Source: Podarcis vaucheri (lineage: Eukaryota). From it: a stretch of 64,000 bases of DNA. Location: the NCBI GenBank assembly GCA_965113315.1, contig OZ220371.1; one strand, written 5' to 3'. The notes under the pieces were generated by a model, which saw only the letters and a program-made list of their open reading frames with translations, did no database searches and was not told the origin of the DNA. Positions 1 to 12,009 of this stretch are shown one piece after another (the first letter of the stretch is position 1; every line of letters begins with the position of its first letter). A program made the translations under genes and the position numbers.

Positions 1-199
1 TACGATTCCAAGAGTGGTTAAACAATCTCTCTTCCCATGGAAACTGGGGAATGTAGCTCTGTGAGCGAAATAGGTGTCTTCTAAAAAATATCAACAACCT
101 TAACAAACCACAGTTCCAGGATGTTTTGAGGTAAGTCATGTCTGTTAAACTGCCTTCAGTGTGTAGTGTAGATGTCGTCTGGGTGTCAGAATCCTGACA

Positions 200-500
200 C
201 AATTAAGAAGTGCAGCAACTTCATTCCATTCATCCATAATATTGACGACACTGAGGTCTATTTCTTGTTTTCATCTGATCCTAGAGAGGCAGTAGAAACT
301 CTGGAAAGTCTGATAGTTGTGTGTGACTCATAGCAGTAGTAGAACATACAACTAAGCCCAGAAAGGGGGGTGTTACTTTTGGCTGGGGGTGGGGTGGGGG
401 CGTTGAGTAGCTCAGATTCAGATACGTAGCCTGTCTTGACTTGGATTAAAGTGCCTTCGGAGATATCGGTTCCTAGTTTGAGAATGTTCCTTGATCTGGC
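200..500 (+). mobile_element. Highly decayed L2-type LINE RT fragment
   Basis: tattgacgacactgaggtctat near 240-260 resembles the YADDTQLY-encoding region of L2 RT; flanks degenerate; boundaries approximate. Confidence 0.35.
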
Positions 501-696
501 ACAGACACTTTAGTGGAGTGACTTTTAAAGGCATGGGGAAGGAAGTTGTCGGGCAGAAAAGAAGATGGAAAAGCTCCCTTCTGCAAGTTTCTTTCCATTT
601 TTGAACTTCTCAGGATCCAAGCCCGTATTTCCCATTCAAAGTCTTGCAGGGAACATCAGACGATGTTCTGACTTTCAGGCATCTTTTGAAGAGTAG

Positions 697-737
<41 letters not shown>
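697..737. repeat. (TGA)n microsatellite
   Basis: Uninterrupted run of about 13 TGA units. Confidence 0.95.
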
Positions 738-807
738 CCAACAGGCCTATGCATTCATTTAAAATGTCCCTTGAATAGCCAGTCATTTTAATGATGACTT
801 CATGTTA

Positions 808-1049
808 CAGTGGTACCTCGGGTTACATACAATTCAGGTTACAGACGCTTCAGGTTCCAGACTCCGCTAACTCAGAAATAGTACCTCAGGTTAAGAACTT
901 TGCTTCAGGATGAAAACAGAAATCGTGCTCCGGCGGCACGGCAGCAGCAGGAGACCCCATTAGCGAAAGTGGTGCTTCAGGTTAAGAACAGTTTCAGGTT
1001 AAGAACGGACCTCCGGAATGAATTAAGTACTTAGCCCACGGTGCCACTG
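808..1049 (+). mobile_element. Tc1/mariner (pogo/Tigger-like) MITE, ~240-bp family
   Basis: TIR cagtggtacctcgggtta...gtgccactg; TA on both sides (806-807, 1050-1051); several paralogous copies in the window. Confidence 0.9.
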
Positions 1050-1784
1050 TAGTTTTAAATGTTTTTATACACCATCTTGATGTTTAGTAAGAGGGCAGCA
1101 CATAAACATTTCTATTTTTAATAAAATAAAATAATGTTTCCATTCTTTTAGTTGTCTACAGAACACATGCACCATTGTCCTATACACACTCCCCACAATT
1201 TCTGCTTTCACTCTCAACCATGGCACAATAGTGGCCACCCAGCCAGTGATTTTTTTTAAGTGATTTTAAAGCTATGCCTCGGTGGAGACAATAAATGAAA
1301 CATAACCACAGAACCGCTCATCAGCTTTGATGTGATTACATCTCCTACCACAATATGCCTAAAGAGAAGTAATAACCCAGTTGTAACTCCTACAGGCGCA
1401 CAAGAAAGAAAGAATAAAGGGCAAAATATATGAACTCTGGAAGTATGTATATGAGATTTCCCAGCAGTGTGGAAAACAGAGACTAAAGTATTTGAAAAAG
1501 CTGTCTGACAGCGTAAAATTCAATTCATAGAAGCTTGCTCCATGGCAGGGATGAATTAACCTGCTCCTTTGGGGAGTGGTAGAAAGTGTTCGCCACGTAC
1601 CATACCTCCTGAATATTTAACTGAGTTTTAAAAGCTATAGGGGGCACCATGTGTTTAGTTTATTTTCCAAATAAAAACTAAATGGGTGCCATCTGCATTT
1701 AGCAGTAGTTCATAAACTGCAAAATTAGTTCAGCTTTAATCGATGCTCATTGTTCTCTTGATCACAAAAAAATAATAAACACAT

Positions 1785-1922
1785 CAGTAGTATACTATAT
1801 CATCAAAGTTACGGTGCCTTGATGATACATTACAGCAGTATGTCACTAGGGAGGCAGCCCTTTGATAATGCGCTACATTAAATATATCATCAAAGCGCCA
1901 TCATTTTGATGATAAAGTGCTG
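1785..1922. repeat. Degenerate nested palindrome, probable old MITE remnant
   Basis: Left arm tactatatcatcaaagttacggtgccttgatgatacatt matches the reverse complement of aaatatatcatcaaagcgccatcattttgatgataaagtg; each arm is itself a hairpin. Confidence 0.6.
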
Positions 1923-2212
1923 TACCAGCTGGTGGGAAACATCATACAGTTACAGTTATTTTTAGGAATACTTTGAAAATGGATTCTCTATAGGAAGGCT
2001 GTGCAAGGTAGTATGTTAACCAAAAGGTAGTTTATGAATGAGAGGAGGGGTAGGGAGAGAATGGAGTAGCTGAGGTCACATCCACAGCATATATTTAAAG
2101 CACAATGAATGCACGTTTACAATGCATGAGTCCCCCAAGGAATCCTGGGAAATGTAGTTTTTCAGGGTGCTTTGAATTGAAGCTCTGTAAGGGGTAAGCT
2201 ATTGGGCTGTTT

Positions 2213-2460
2213 GGAAGGTTGGCGGTTCAAATCCCCACAACGGGGTGAGCTCCCGTTGCTCTTTCCCAGCTTCTGCCAGCCTAGCAGTTTGAAAGCACAC
2301 CAGTGCAAGTAGATAAATAGGTGGCAGGAAGGTAAACGGCGGTTCCGTGCGCTCTGGTTTCCGTCACGGTGTTCCGTTGCGTCAGAAGCAGTTTAGTCAT
2401 GCTGGTCTCATGACCCGAAAAGCTGTCTGTGGACAAATGCAGGCTCCCTCAGCCTGAAAG
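2213..2460 (+). mobile_element. Sauria (POM-type) SINE, 5' and central part of an interrupted copy
   Basis: B-box ggttcaaatccc; body gccagcctagcagtttgaaagcac...agtagataaatagg as in the other copies. Confidence 0.9.
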
Positions 2461-2546
2461 CTAAAGTGGTGCTTCAGGTTAAGAACAGTTTCAGGTTAAG
2501 AACAGACCTCCAGAACTAATTAAGTACTTATCCAGAGGTACCACTG
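2461..2546 (+). mobile_element. 3' third of the ~240-bp Tc1/mariner MITE
   Basis: ctaaagtggtgcttcaggttaagaacag...gaggtaccactg followed by TA; matches the 3' part of 808-1049. Confidence 0.9.
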
Positions 2547-2548
2547 TA

Positions 2549-3002
2549 CACTTATACTTAAGTACACAACACCACCACACTTAAACTTATAAGTATTGTT
2601 TAGGCACCTACTTAGGAGAAACATCAGTCGTGTCAAAGGTGCCGCTGAACCCGCTGCCGCACAGCAGCTCAATACAATATGTAACATAATATTTTTATGT
2701 AAGGATTCATTTCGTGTGCACGGTGCCATTGTGAATGACAAGCACCACCGCTGGCACGGCAGGTCTTTGGTAAATGGGCGCACAAAGTCAAAAGTCATTT
2801 AGTCAAACAGTAGGTATACATTTCGGTAATACCTAGGGATATATGTATTTTGTTCTTCTAGCCTGATCAAAATTATTCATTATTTCATAACAGGTACATA
2901 GTTAAGAGGTTAGGTGGCTTCAGCGGCGGGTGCCTGGCGCCCCCCAGAATTTGGTGCCCGGGTGCCCCACACCCCTTGCACCCCCAGGTAAAGATGACCC
3001 TG
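2549..3002 (+). mobile_element. Probable 3' portion of a hAT DNA transposon
   Basis: CpG-retaining internal sequence ending in a GC-rich subterminal block and ...ggtaaagatgaccctg, which resembles a cagggccgtctt-type TIR; the other end is absent. Confidence 0.5.
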
Positions 3003-3125
3003 CCCAGAAAGCTGTCTGCAGACAAAGGCCGGCTCCCTCAGCCTGAAAGCAAGACGAGCACTGCAACCCCATAGTTGCCTTTGACTGGACTTAACCGTAC
3101 AGGGGCCCTTTACCTTTTACCTTTT
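3003..3125 (+). mobile_element. Sauria SINE, 3' part with (ACCTTT)n tail
   Basis: gactggacttaaccgtacaggggcctttaccttttacctttt tail. Confidence 0.9.
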
Positions 3126-4249
3126 CTATAGTTCCCAACGCTCTTAATAAGCTACACTTTTCAGGATTTGGGGGCTGGGGGAAGCCATGGTACTGATTCA
3201 AATTGTATAATGCAGATAGGGCCAGTGTCTGCTGAGTCTGTACCTACCTGCCTTTGCTGAGCATGTGTCTGCACATGTGTGCAGGTTGCTTACGTCCCCC
3301 ACATCATAAACGTATGGGGTGCGTGTGTGGCACGTGCCTGCTAGTATGAGGGTCTCATTATGTGGGCCAACCTTCAGTGTGATCCTTGGTTTTTAAAAAG
3401 GTTAGTTACCCCTGCTGTAAATGGCTTCATCCTCCTCCTTTTCCCCCCGCAGGGAATCCCAGAAACTACAGTTTTGCAGGAAGGAAGGGCTAATGTTCTT
3501 TGAGGGAGAATTCTCAGCATCCTTATCAAACGGTATTTAAGTTAAGTCATTACAATTAACAGGCATTAAACCAAGCCAAGTCTGTAGCATAGCCTACCCT
3601 CAAAGAATTGTGGGTATTTAATCTTTTAGGCCAGATGCAGCTTCTTTAAATAGCTCCTGTTGCCATGTCAAAAACTATTTGCATGCAGCAGCTCAGCAAA
3701 GTAAAACGTTTGCTATAGCATTGGGGAAATATTCCAAACTTCTACTCCAAGGGAGTCTTGCTGCTCCTTATAGCTGCAACCTGGGATTCAAAGTGACCCC
3801 AGTCATGGCTCTGACTCCCTTCAGAATGAAGCCTCTTCACATCACCACTACCATTGCAGTCCTAAACTCTACTTTCTCTCTCTGAGCTCAGGGCGGGACT
3901 CCATGCATTTGCCTCTGGCCCAGAGTCCCTGCTTTCTTAACAGATCATCACCTTGCCTTAGCAGCCATTGTCAGGCTATTCTGGGAACTGACTACCTGCT
4001 GGATCCGGGGATTTGGGGGTCTTGATTAAATTCTAACCCCTTTCTGGTTCCAGGAATTTAGGGGAGTATTCCTCCCACCCACAAACTATAACGGTATCGA
4101 AAATACATTCTGATGGATGATAACTGACCGGGGCAATACAACAACCATGGGAAAGAGAAACTAAAAATCATTTGACTTTATTGACTCCCCACCATTGCTC
4201 ACCTCCCGCCCCCCCTCCAGTTTTCACCTATGATGGAATGAAGCAGAGG

Positions 4250-4930
4250 GGAAATGACAGAGTAAGATAAAAAACACAGATAAGCTGTCAGTGAGGGGAA
4301 ATCAGTATCAAATAGTCACTTTGCCTCACTGAGTAAATCATCACTTGGTAAATATATCAATAAATAACTTCAAAGCTTCTGAAAGATTGCCTCGGTGACA
4401 TTGTAAAAGGATTGGTTATAATATTGTGTCATTTCATACACCGCAAGTGGCCAGCAGATTCAGAATTATCCACTCATCTCCGTGGTGTGTGGTGTTGTTG
4501 TTTTTCCTCCCCTCACCTGGACGCTGTGACTGTTTAGCACCTGGTTTAAATAGATCTGTGAATGAAAAGAACTTGTTTATTGCTCCTCTTGAAAATCCCA
4601 TTTGAATAACGGTGGCTTTGCCCGCCTTCCTCCTCCTCCAAAGTTCAACAGCGTCATCCGTCAGCTTCAATTAACTTTGCAAACAATATGGCAGGACTTG
4701 AAAGATATTAAAATGGAAATTTCCAGGCACACGGTAACATGGTGGTTTCGGAGAGAGGCACCGTAATGATAGTAATCTGCTGCAATTTGGAGGCTCGCGG
4801 GCCGAAACAGAAACCCCCACCAAAATCAATGGGTGGCGGGAAGAGATCAAGGTAAATTGCATTTTCATAACGCATGTGTTGTTGATGTGGTCTGGGGAAG
4901 ATAATGGTCTTTGGTTTGTGCATATCTTAT
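4250..4930. promoter_or_regulatory. Candidate conserved non-coding element or enhancer
   Basis: No recognisable TE, CpGs retained, clustered TGACA/TGTCA (MEIS-type), GTAAATCA (PBX-HOX-type) and ATCAATAAATAA motifs; conservation untested. Confidence 0.35.
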
Positions 4931-5886
4931 CAGCTCTACTGCTTTCCTATAGCACCACTACACTGAGTGACAGGGAAAATGAGATAAGACATCATGGGCA
5001 AATTGAGACTGAGCCAGTCTTTGTTCTGGGTTTAATGTGAATGGCCCACTTTAGCTGTGGTGCACCACAGCCAAAGCACAGCTAAGTTCAATGTGAGTAA
5101 CCAATGCGTATTGACTGACCCATTTTCAATAAAGTTGGGGGATATGGGTTCAAGCCAGAAACAAGAATTATAAACTCAGCAGACCTGAGGACCAAAAGTC
5201 TAATCCCTGAGAGTTTTGGGGTTTTTTCTTCGCAGTGAGATAAATCCCAGTTTGTAGATTCTGTCTCTCCATCATACACAAATGTAACCACGAAAGCAAT
5301 GCTCAGATTATGCAGGGAAGACTAGGAAAACGGAACTTAATTTAATCTGCAATCCTTACTCATTGATGCACCTCAATCTTAGTCAAGTCATGACCACCCA
5401 TAGAATTCTAAAAACCCACAGAATTCTAAAAACCATGCTGAAGGGAAGAGGGAGTTAAAAAACATATATGAGCAACCCATTGACCCACAGGCTCCGTGGG
5501 TCCACAGACGCCCTCCTTACTTTCCAGTTAATTCCTTTCTTCTCTGCCCAACTTTACTACGAACAGTCAAGGAGTGCAAAAGTCAGCATCTCAGGTGAAT
5601 TTGTCTATGTTTGTAGATTGTGTGAGAAATGGGGAAACAGGAATCCCAGATTTGGCTAGACTCACCACTGCATGTGTACTGCCTATTGCATGTGCCTCTC
5701 AAGGACAAAAGAATAGAGAGTTACTATTGAACTGAAGACTATCTCTCATAGAATACTGTACACATCTTGAAACGGCATAAATGGACCCAAACTGGCTAAT
5801 CATAATCTTGAAACCAGCCCAATGATTTTGGGACTTGTACACATTCGCCAAACACTGAAAGATTTTGTAAACTAATCCTCATCTTA

Positions 5887-6266
5887 AAAGGTAAAAGGTA
5901 CAGAACCCCTGGAGTGTTAAGTCCAGTCACAGGCGACTATGCAGTTGCAGCGCTCATCTCGCTTTCAGGCTGAGGGAGCCAGTGTTTATCCACAGACAGT
6001 TTTCCGGGTCATGTGGGCAGCATGACTAAACCACTTCTGGCACACAGAGGACCGTGACAAGTACCAGAGCACACAGAAATGCCGTTTACTTTCCCGCCAC
6101 AGTGGTACCTATTTATCTACTTGCACTGGCGTGCTTTTGAACTGCTAGGTTGGCAGGAGCTGGGATAGAGCAATGGGAGCTCACCCTGTCATGGAGATTC
6201 GAACCACCAACCTTCCAATCAGCAAGCCCAAGAGGCTCAGTGGTTTACACCACAGCGCCACCTACG
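5887..6266 (-). mobile_element. Sauria (POM-type) SINE
   Basis: Full body, aaaggt tail, tRNA-like head; TSD tcatctta at 5879-5886 and 6267-6274. Confidence 0.93.
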
Positions 6267-6579
6267 TCATCTTACTACTCATAAACCCGAGGGACTTCAA
6301 TGGGCCTTTCCTCCTGGTTATCAAGCTTAGTATTTCAGCAGTGCTAAGAAAAGCTCCATCTATTCTCCTGAGTTCCAGCACTACATACAGATTTCTTTCT
6401 TGTTCTATATTATTGAGAATAAGGGTGGATAATTGTTTTGACTGGGTTGTAACCTAAATGGACCTTTTCTTTATCTCTAGTGAACCCTGGGTCAATTATT
6501 TCCCACATAATTTGTTCTGACCTATAAGCAAAATAATAGTGACAAGAGCCATATTCAAGTGACTTCGTCCTGATGCATC

Positions 6580-6621
6580 TACCAGTACTTCATTTTTACT
6601 TACCAGTACTTCATTTTTACT
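6580..6621. repeat. Perfect 21-bp tandem duplication
   Basis: taccagtacttcatttttact twice. Confidence 0.95.
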
Positions 6622-6818
6622 TATGTGCTGGCACAGCAAATCTTCTGATCAGCCTGTGAAGTGTTCCTAAGTGAAAATAATGTATTACCTTAAGAAACTA
6701 CTTGGAGAATGAAAAACTACCTTACATGTCTGGCTATGATTGTTTTTCAATATTATTATTTATGAACAGACTCTGCAGACTTGAATGCACATTGAAGAAG
6801 GGTTGACACCAATCAACC

Positions 6819-6892
6819 GTGTGTAAGTGTGTGAATGTGTATATATGCATGCATGCGTGCGCACACACATACACACACACACATGCGCGCAC
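6819..6892. repeat. Mixed (TG)n/(CA)n alternating purine-pyrimidine tract
   Basis: gtgtgtaagtgtgtgaatgtgt...gcacacacatacacacacacacatgcgcgcac. Confidence 0.8.
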
Positions 6893-7085
6893 ATACTTCA
6901 GCCTGGTTTGCATCAGGCCCTTTGGAATTTGCATTCTAGTCTCTGTGCAGTGTGCAGGCATGCTCATAGATGTTTACTATGTGTGATGGGATGATGAGCT
7001 GCTTGTGCGTAAAATCGTAGTCCCTCAGAGTTTGCTCAAGTCCACAAACCTCTGTCTGTGACGGAGCCCCTCAAACATGGCTGCT

Positions 7086-7389
7086 CTAGTCACTTGCAGA
7101 TTCCGACAGTGGTTGCTTTCGGAATCGCTTCCAGCATAAAAGCTCCTTAACGGAAACACGTCTTCTTGACTCACGGCGTGACAGTTTCCGGCGAGGAGTG
7201 GGTCTCCCTATGGGAGGTCCAGAAACCTCCCCACTGTTCTCGCTGGAAGAGTCCCTGAGCCATCCCTCCTGCTCTCTTTCCCTCAGAGACCCACCTCTCC
7301 CCCTGCTGGTTCCTGCTTCAGCTGCAGGGTCTCTCCCAACCTCCGTGAGCCCTTCCACCACCTGTCCTTCCGATGGCAGTTCCCTGACA
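7086..7389 (-). CDS. Probable terminal coding exon of an unidentified host gene (VRELPSEGQVVEG...RRESRRRVSVKELLCWKRFRKQPLSESASD*)
   Basis: Minus-strand acceptor ctctctttccatAG lies where the frame opens; 100 open codons to TAG; GC and CpG above background; no TE similarity. The antisense frame 7100-7494 is also open, so the strand is not certain. Confidence 0.5.
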
Positions 7390-9319
7390 CTATGGAAAGA
7401 GAGCTATCGGTTGCCCGTTGCTTGTATTACAACCCCAACTTCACCCAGCATTGGCTTCCCTGCTGTGACATCACAAACTGTTTCCAGACAATAAGAAGGG
7501 CTGAGGAGGGAATGTCAGTAATGCAATATTGTGACTTCGCAGGCTGAGATGAAACAGCACACAGGCCAACAGATAGGAAGAATTGGTTGCTTCTAGAAGG
7601 TTTGGAGTTTGGAGGCAGGGCTGCTGAGGTTAGAGGGGGCAGCAAAAGAGGAAAGGAGTGAACCTGCACATTGAGTCAAAATACCTTGTCAATGCACAGT
7701 TATCTGTTTATTTTAATAATGTGGACCCCTGCCCTGTCATTAGTTAACCTGTAACAATATGATAAAGATAGGAAAGGCTGATCTGCTACTTATAACTGAA
7801 ATCTCATCACAGTCAAATATTACGTGTACCTAGAAACCAGCGAATAATGTTGTGGCATCCTTCCTACTCGTACAACTGATTTTTAAACAAAGATAACCCA
7901 ATGGCTTCATATGTATGCAACCGTCTTCCTGTTGAAGTCAGCCTCAAATCTCCCATTTGGTTTTTAGCAGTGCAGGGTTGTTGCCATAAGACTGATGTGT
8001 ATTGGACACATACTTCACGACTGCAATATCAAGTGCATGAATGAATGAACCATCATGGATCTATGTTTTCAAAAGAGCCAGTTCACACATCCAACTGCTG
8101 AGAAGCAACAACAAAAAATAATAATCAAGTGAGATTTATTGATTGGTTTGGCCATAAATTAATTGAACAGATTGCCAGCCTCCTGGAAGTTGGTTCACTG
8201 TGTTTCATATGCTGTGTTTTATTTCTTATTTTTATCCACACTACCAACAACAACAATCTAATGGTCCTTCTGTCTCAGATTAGCTACAAACAGAGACATG
8301 CAATCAGCATGATTTGTTGTCGATTCAGCTGAATGCTGAGGTAAGGATTTTGCATCCTGTCTTCAGGTGCTGATGCAGCTTAGCAGATCGAGTATCTTTT
8401 TCAAACACTCTTCCTGTTTAATAACAATGCCGGTTCCTGGTGGAATAATCTGCATGCTGGAGGAACAGTGGGTCATATCCAATGGTAACGTGCACCTTAC
8501 TGCAAAGGGCTTCCATTAGCACAAATCAAGGCACCCAATTTTGGCGGATTCTCCCCCCCGCTACTGCATTATATCAAATTGTGTTCCAGAGGAACCCTCA
8601 GGAATAACTTAGGGGGGGGGTAGGGGAATTGATGAAAAGCAAGCATCCTAACTTGCATAAGTAGAAGCACTATCTGCAAAGGCAAAGCCACCTGATGCAG
8701 TACTGGATCTGCTCCAAGGAGCAGGAAGTATAGCCACTATTTCCCCCCCATAACCACAACAGTGGATTTAATGTTTTGCACTAGTGCAGTGTCCAACCAC
8801 ACACACAAACACACACATGGAAGGGGGGGCGTCCAGCTGAGCCTTTGCAAACTTGATATATACGTGAGAGCCAGAAATCACAGTTGTGGAATGACTATGT
8901 CCATTTCCCAGTTCCCAGACTGGAAATACTTGCCAGAGAATATGTGAAATCTCACAGTCAGAAACCAGGTGGTAGTTGACCATCTGACTCTCAGTTTTGT
9001 GATGAATCTGCTGTCCTCTTTATGCAGGTGCTAGGGACCTCTTTATGCATAGCATGGGGACTGGGATTTTGCAGATCAGCCCCTATTATATTTGATATAC
9101 ATATACATATAGTAGAGCTGAGCCAACATTGCCAGATCTTGTGGTTGTTGTTTTTTCCCAGGAAAGCAAAAGGCGAGGTAGCAGGGGGAAAGTAAGGTAG
9201 CAAAAACACATGGGGGGGCACATTTCTGGGGAACAAAATGGAAAACTCTTTAAAAGTTCAGGTTAGGGGCTTACTGTGATGGCAACAGAAGTGGCTTTTT
9301 TAATTAAGAATGTGTCAGG

Positions 9320-9455
9320 CAGGATAGCCAAATTAGTGCCCTCCAGATGTTGTTGGATTACAACACCCCTCATCCCTGACTATTGGTCAAACTGGTTGGG
9401 GCTGATGAGAGTTGGACGTCCAGAACATCTGGAGGCATGACATTGGCTGCCCCTG
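9320..9455. mobile_element. Degenerate palindromic hAT MITE (URR1-like core)
   Basis: ccagatgttgttggattacaacacccctcatccc...gatgagagttgg...aacatctgg core; ends caggatagcca / ttggctgcccctg. Confidence 0.7.
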
Positions 9456-10894
9456 ATGTAAACTTTAAATTAGTTTGAACAGGAAAACAAGTCTGATGAA
9501 TGCATTTTGTCCATATTTCTGACCGCTGAGCAGCCTACATCTTAGAGATGCTAGGCAGAGAATGACACAAAGTTTCTTGTGTCTCTTGGGTGATTTTGAA
9601 CCTCAATAGACCTTTGTTGCATTTGATGAATTAAAAAGCAGATTGTTGCATTGTATTTTGTCCGAGGTCTATTCCCTTGTGTTGTGAGTACTGTAGCTCT
9701 TACTGTGATATACTGAATTATTAATAGAATTGTGCAGAGGTAAAAAAATAAAAAATGCACATAAAAAACAACTATTTTGCCTTTGTTCTTTGCTCTTAAC
9801 ACCAGTGACTTGATATTATTTGCCCAAGCCTTCAGAGTTCTGCAGAAAGAATGCTGAATGGTCAGGTTCATTAGTCCCAGATGGAAAGTAATTAGGTACA
9901 AGTTGAAAGTTATATTCAGCATGTAAATCAACCTGCGGCTACTGCAATACTGTTCGGGCCACTATTTAAAGCAGGGGATGTGGAGTTCATTCACCACTAT
10001 GAACTAACAATAGAGAGTCATTCAACATTGAGTTGGCCATAATTTCTCAGAAAAGAGTTTTGTAATTTTAAAAAAAAATATGTTGGAGAATTTCACCTCT
10101 CTTGCCTGCTTTTAACTCTAAGGCATACATGGAAGATATGATCATATAACTCCCACTGTTACATCCAGTTTAGCCCTGATCTAAAAAAAAGGTCTTCATA
10201 ATCTCATCCTGCCTCAAATGTTCTCCCTCCCAGGGACAAATGTATTCTGTCCTGCTATCTAACTCCTTCCCGCCTCCAAAATACAATAGAAACAACATTG
10301 CAAGCAGTATGAAATATTGGCTGATGGCAACAAATATCAATGTATTACTTAACTTTCTCATTACAAACACGTCTTTTACATAAAACTGCTTACAGTTACA
10401 GATCTTTATTTCCTCTCACATTTTTTTTTTTTTTTGCATTTTAAACCCAGCCCTATTTCATGAAAAAGTCATTAATAAATCTAATCTTGCAAAAAAGGGG
10501 GAGGATGAATTACTTTGTCCACCCGACCTGTTCTCTTTGTTTCCCTTATCTTAGCTTTACCTGCTTCCCCCTCCCTTAGCCATTCATCATGCCTTTGTTT
10601 GAAATCTAAATTTAACTTTTTGCATTCAATACCTCATCAACACAGCTTGCAACAAATGGTCTTTTCACACTGAACAATGCAGCTGAATTAAACTTTCCAT
10701 TTGATCCTAACATGGTTTGCCTTGAATTATAACTGATGATGGTCTTTTTCATCTGGGAAATGAAGCCTCTGTGAGTGACTGTGTGGCATATCCAGACACA
10801 CTGAATCAAATCAGGGTGTGATTCACGCTGAAGCCCCTTCTCCTGAGGCATCCCTGTACTGGTATTTTCTGAAAATGTGCTGGGCCAGGTCGAC

Positions 10895-11428
10895 CCTCTG
10901 GTCAGACCTCACCTGGAGTACTGTGTCCAGTTCTGGGCCCCCAGTTCAAGAAGGACACTAACAAACTGGAACGTGTCCAGAGGAGGGCAACCAAAATGGT
11001 CAAAGGCCTGGAAACGATGCCTTATGAGGAACGGCTAAGGGAGCTGGGCATGTTTAGCCTGGAGAAGAGGAGGTTAAGGGGTGATATGATAGCCATGTTC
11101 AAATATATAAAAGGATGTCACATAGAGGAGGGAGAAAGGTTGTTTTCTGCTGCTCCAGAGAAGCGGACACGGAGAAATGGAGCCAAACTACAAGAAAGAA
11201 GATTCCACCTAAACATTAGGAAGAACTTCCTGACAGTAAGAGCTGTTCAACAGTGGAATTTGCTGCCAAGGAGTGTGGTGGAGTCTCCTACTTTGGAGGT
11301 CTTTAAGCAGAGGCTTGACAACCATATGTCAGGAGTGCTCTGATGGTGTTTCCTGCTTGGCAGGGGGTTGGACTCGATAGCCCTTGTGGTCTCTTCCAAC
11401 TCTATGATTCTATGATTCTATGATTCTA
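10895..11428 (+). mobile_element. CR1 LINE, 5'-truncated 3' end
   Basis: ORF 10996-11343 ([21 protein letters not shown]...) is a CR1 ORF2 C-terminus; (TCTATGAT)n 8-bp terminal repeat. Confidence 0.95.
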
Positions 11429-11555
11429 ATGTACAAAATACAATTCTGCATCTTCCTTCTATATAAAACTGACCTGTGCTACCTGCCAATAGCAGAGTGC
11501 AATAAAAAGTGGGTTGATCTTAAATCACATGGCCTATCACTCAGGTAGCTGTTGT

Positions 11556-11690
11556 GTAGGAAGCTCTCTTATACCAAGTAAGACCGTTGGTCCATCTAGC
11601 TCACTACGGTCTTGTCTACACTATCTGGAAGTGGCTTTCCAGACTTTGAGACATGCATCTTTTCCAGACACTCACCTGTCCATCACCTGG
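11556..11690 (-). mobile_element. Fragment of an old squamate SINE with CR1-like tail (same family as 23983-24151)
   Basis: taggaagctctcttataccaagtaagaccgttggtccatctagctc motif shared with copies near 15060, 17330, 18125, 23983 and 52025. Confidence 0.6.
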
Positions 11691-12009
11691 CATCATGACG
11701 ATGTCAGAGGACAACAGCGCCTTTGAAAAGTGTTTTGGCGGGGTAAGTGGGTGTGGCTTGGGGAAAATGGCCTCATGGGCCAAATTAAGACTCTTGCTGG
11801 GCCTATTTGGGCCCATGGGCTAGAGGTTCTCCACCTCTGGCCTGGGGGCAGCAAACACAGAGCTGATAAAAGTTGGGGAGGTGGCTATGGATAGCTATAA
11901 TGGGTGCTACGGTCCCCTAACTTCTAAATAGCTTACAGGTCTTTCCTTGAGCCTTTGCCCTAGTCATTATTATGACATATTGGATTTGATCATTGTTAGC
12001 TACCATGAA

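Noticed and set aside
808-1049. Regularly spaced ttcaggtta(c/a) repeats resembling a CRISPR-like array
   Set aside because: They are subterminal repeats inside a TIR/TA-bounded MITE; there are no unique spacers or cas genes, and the DNA is eukaryotic
5397-5434. 18-bp tandem duplication (also a 15-bp repeat at 51362-51397)
   Set aside because: Ordinary slippage duplications with no further structure
7100-7494. Plus-strand terminal exon DSDSGCFRNRF...VSRQ*
   Set aside because: Not listed as a CDS: weaker pyrimidine tract and a Ser/Pro/Leu-rich composition typical of an antisense shadow; kept as an alternative in findings
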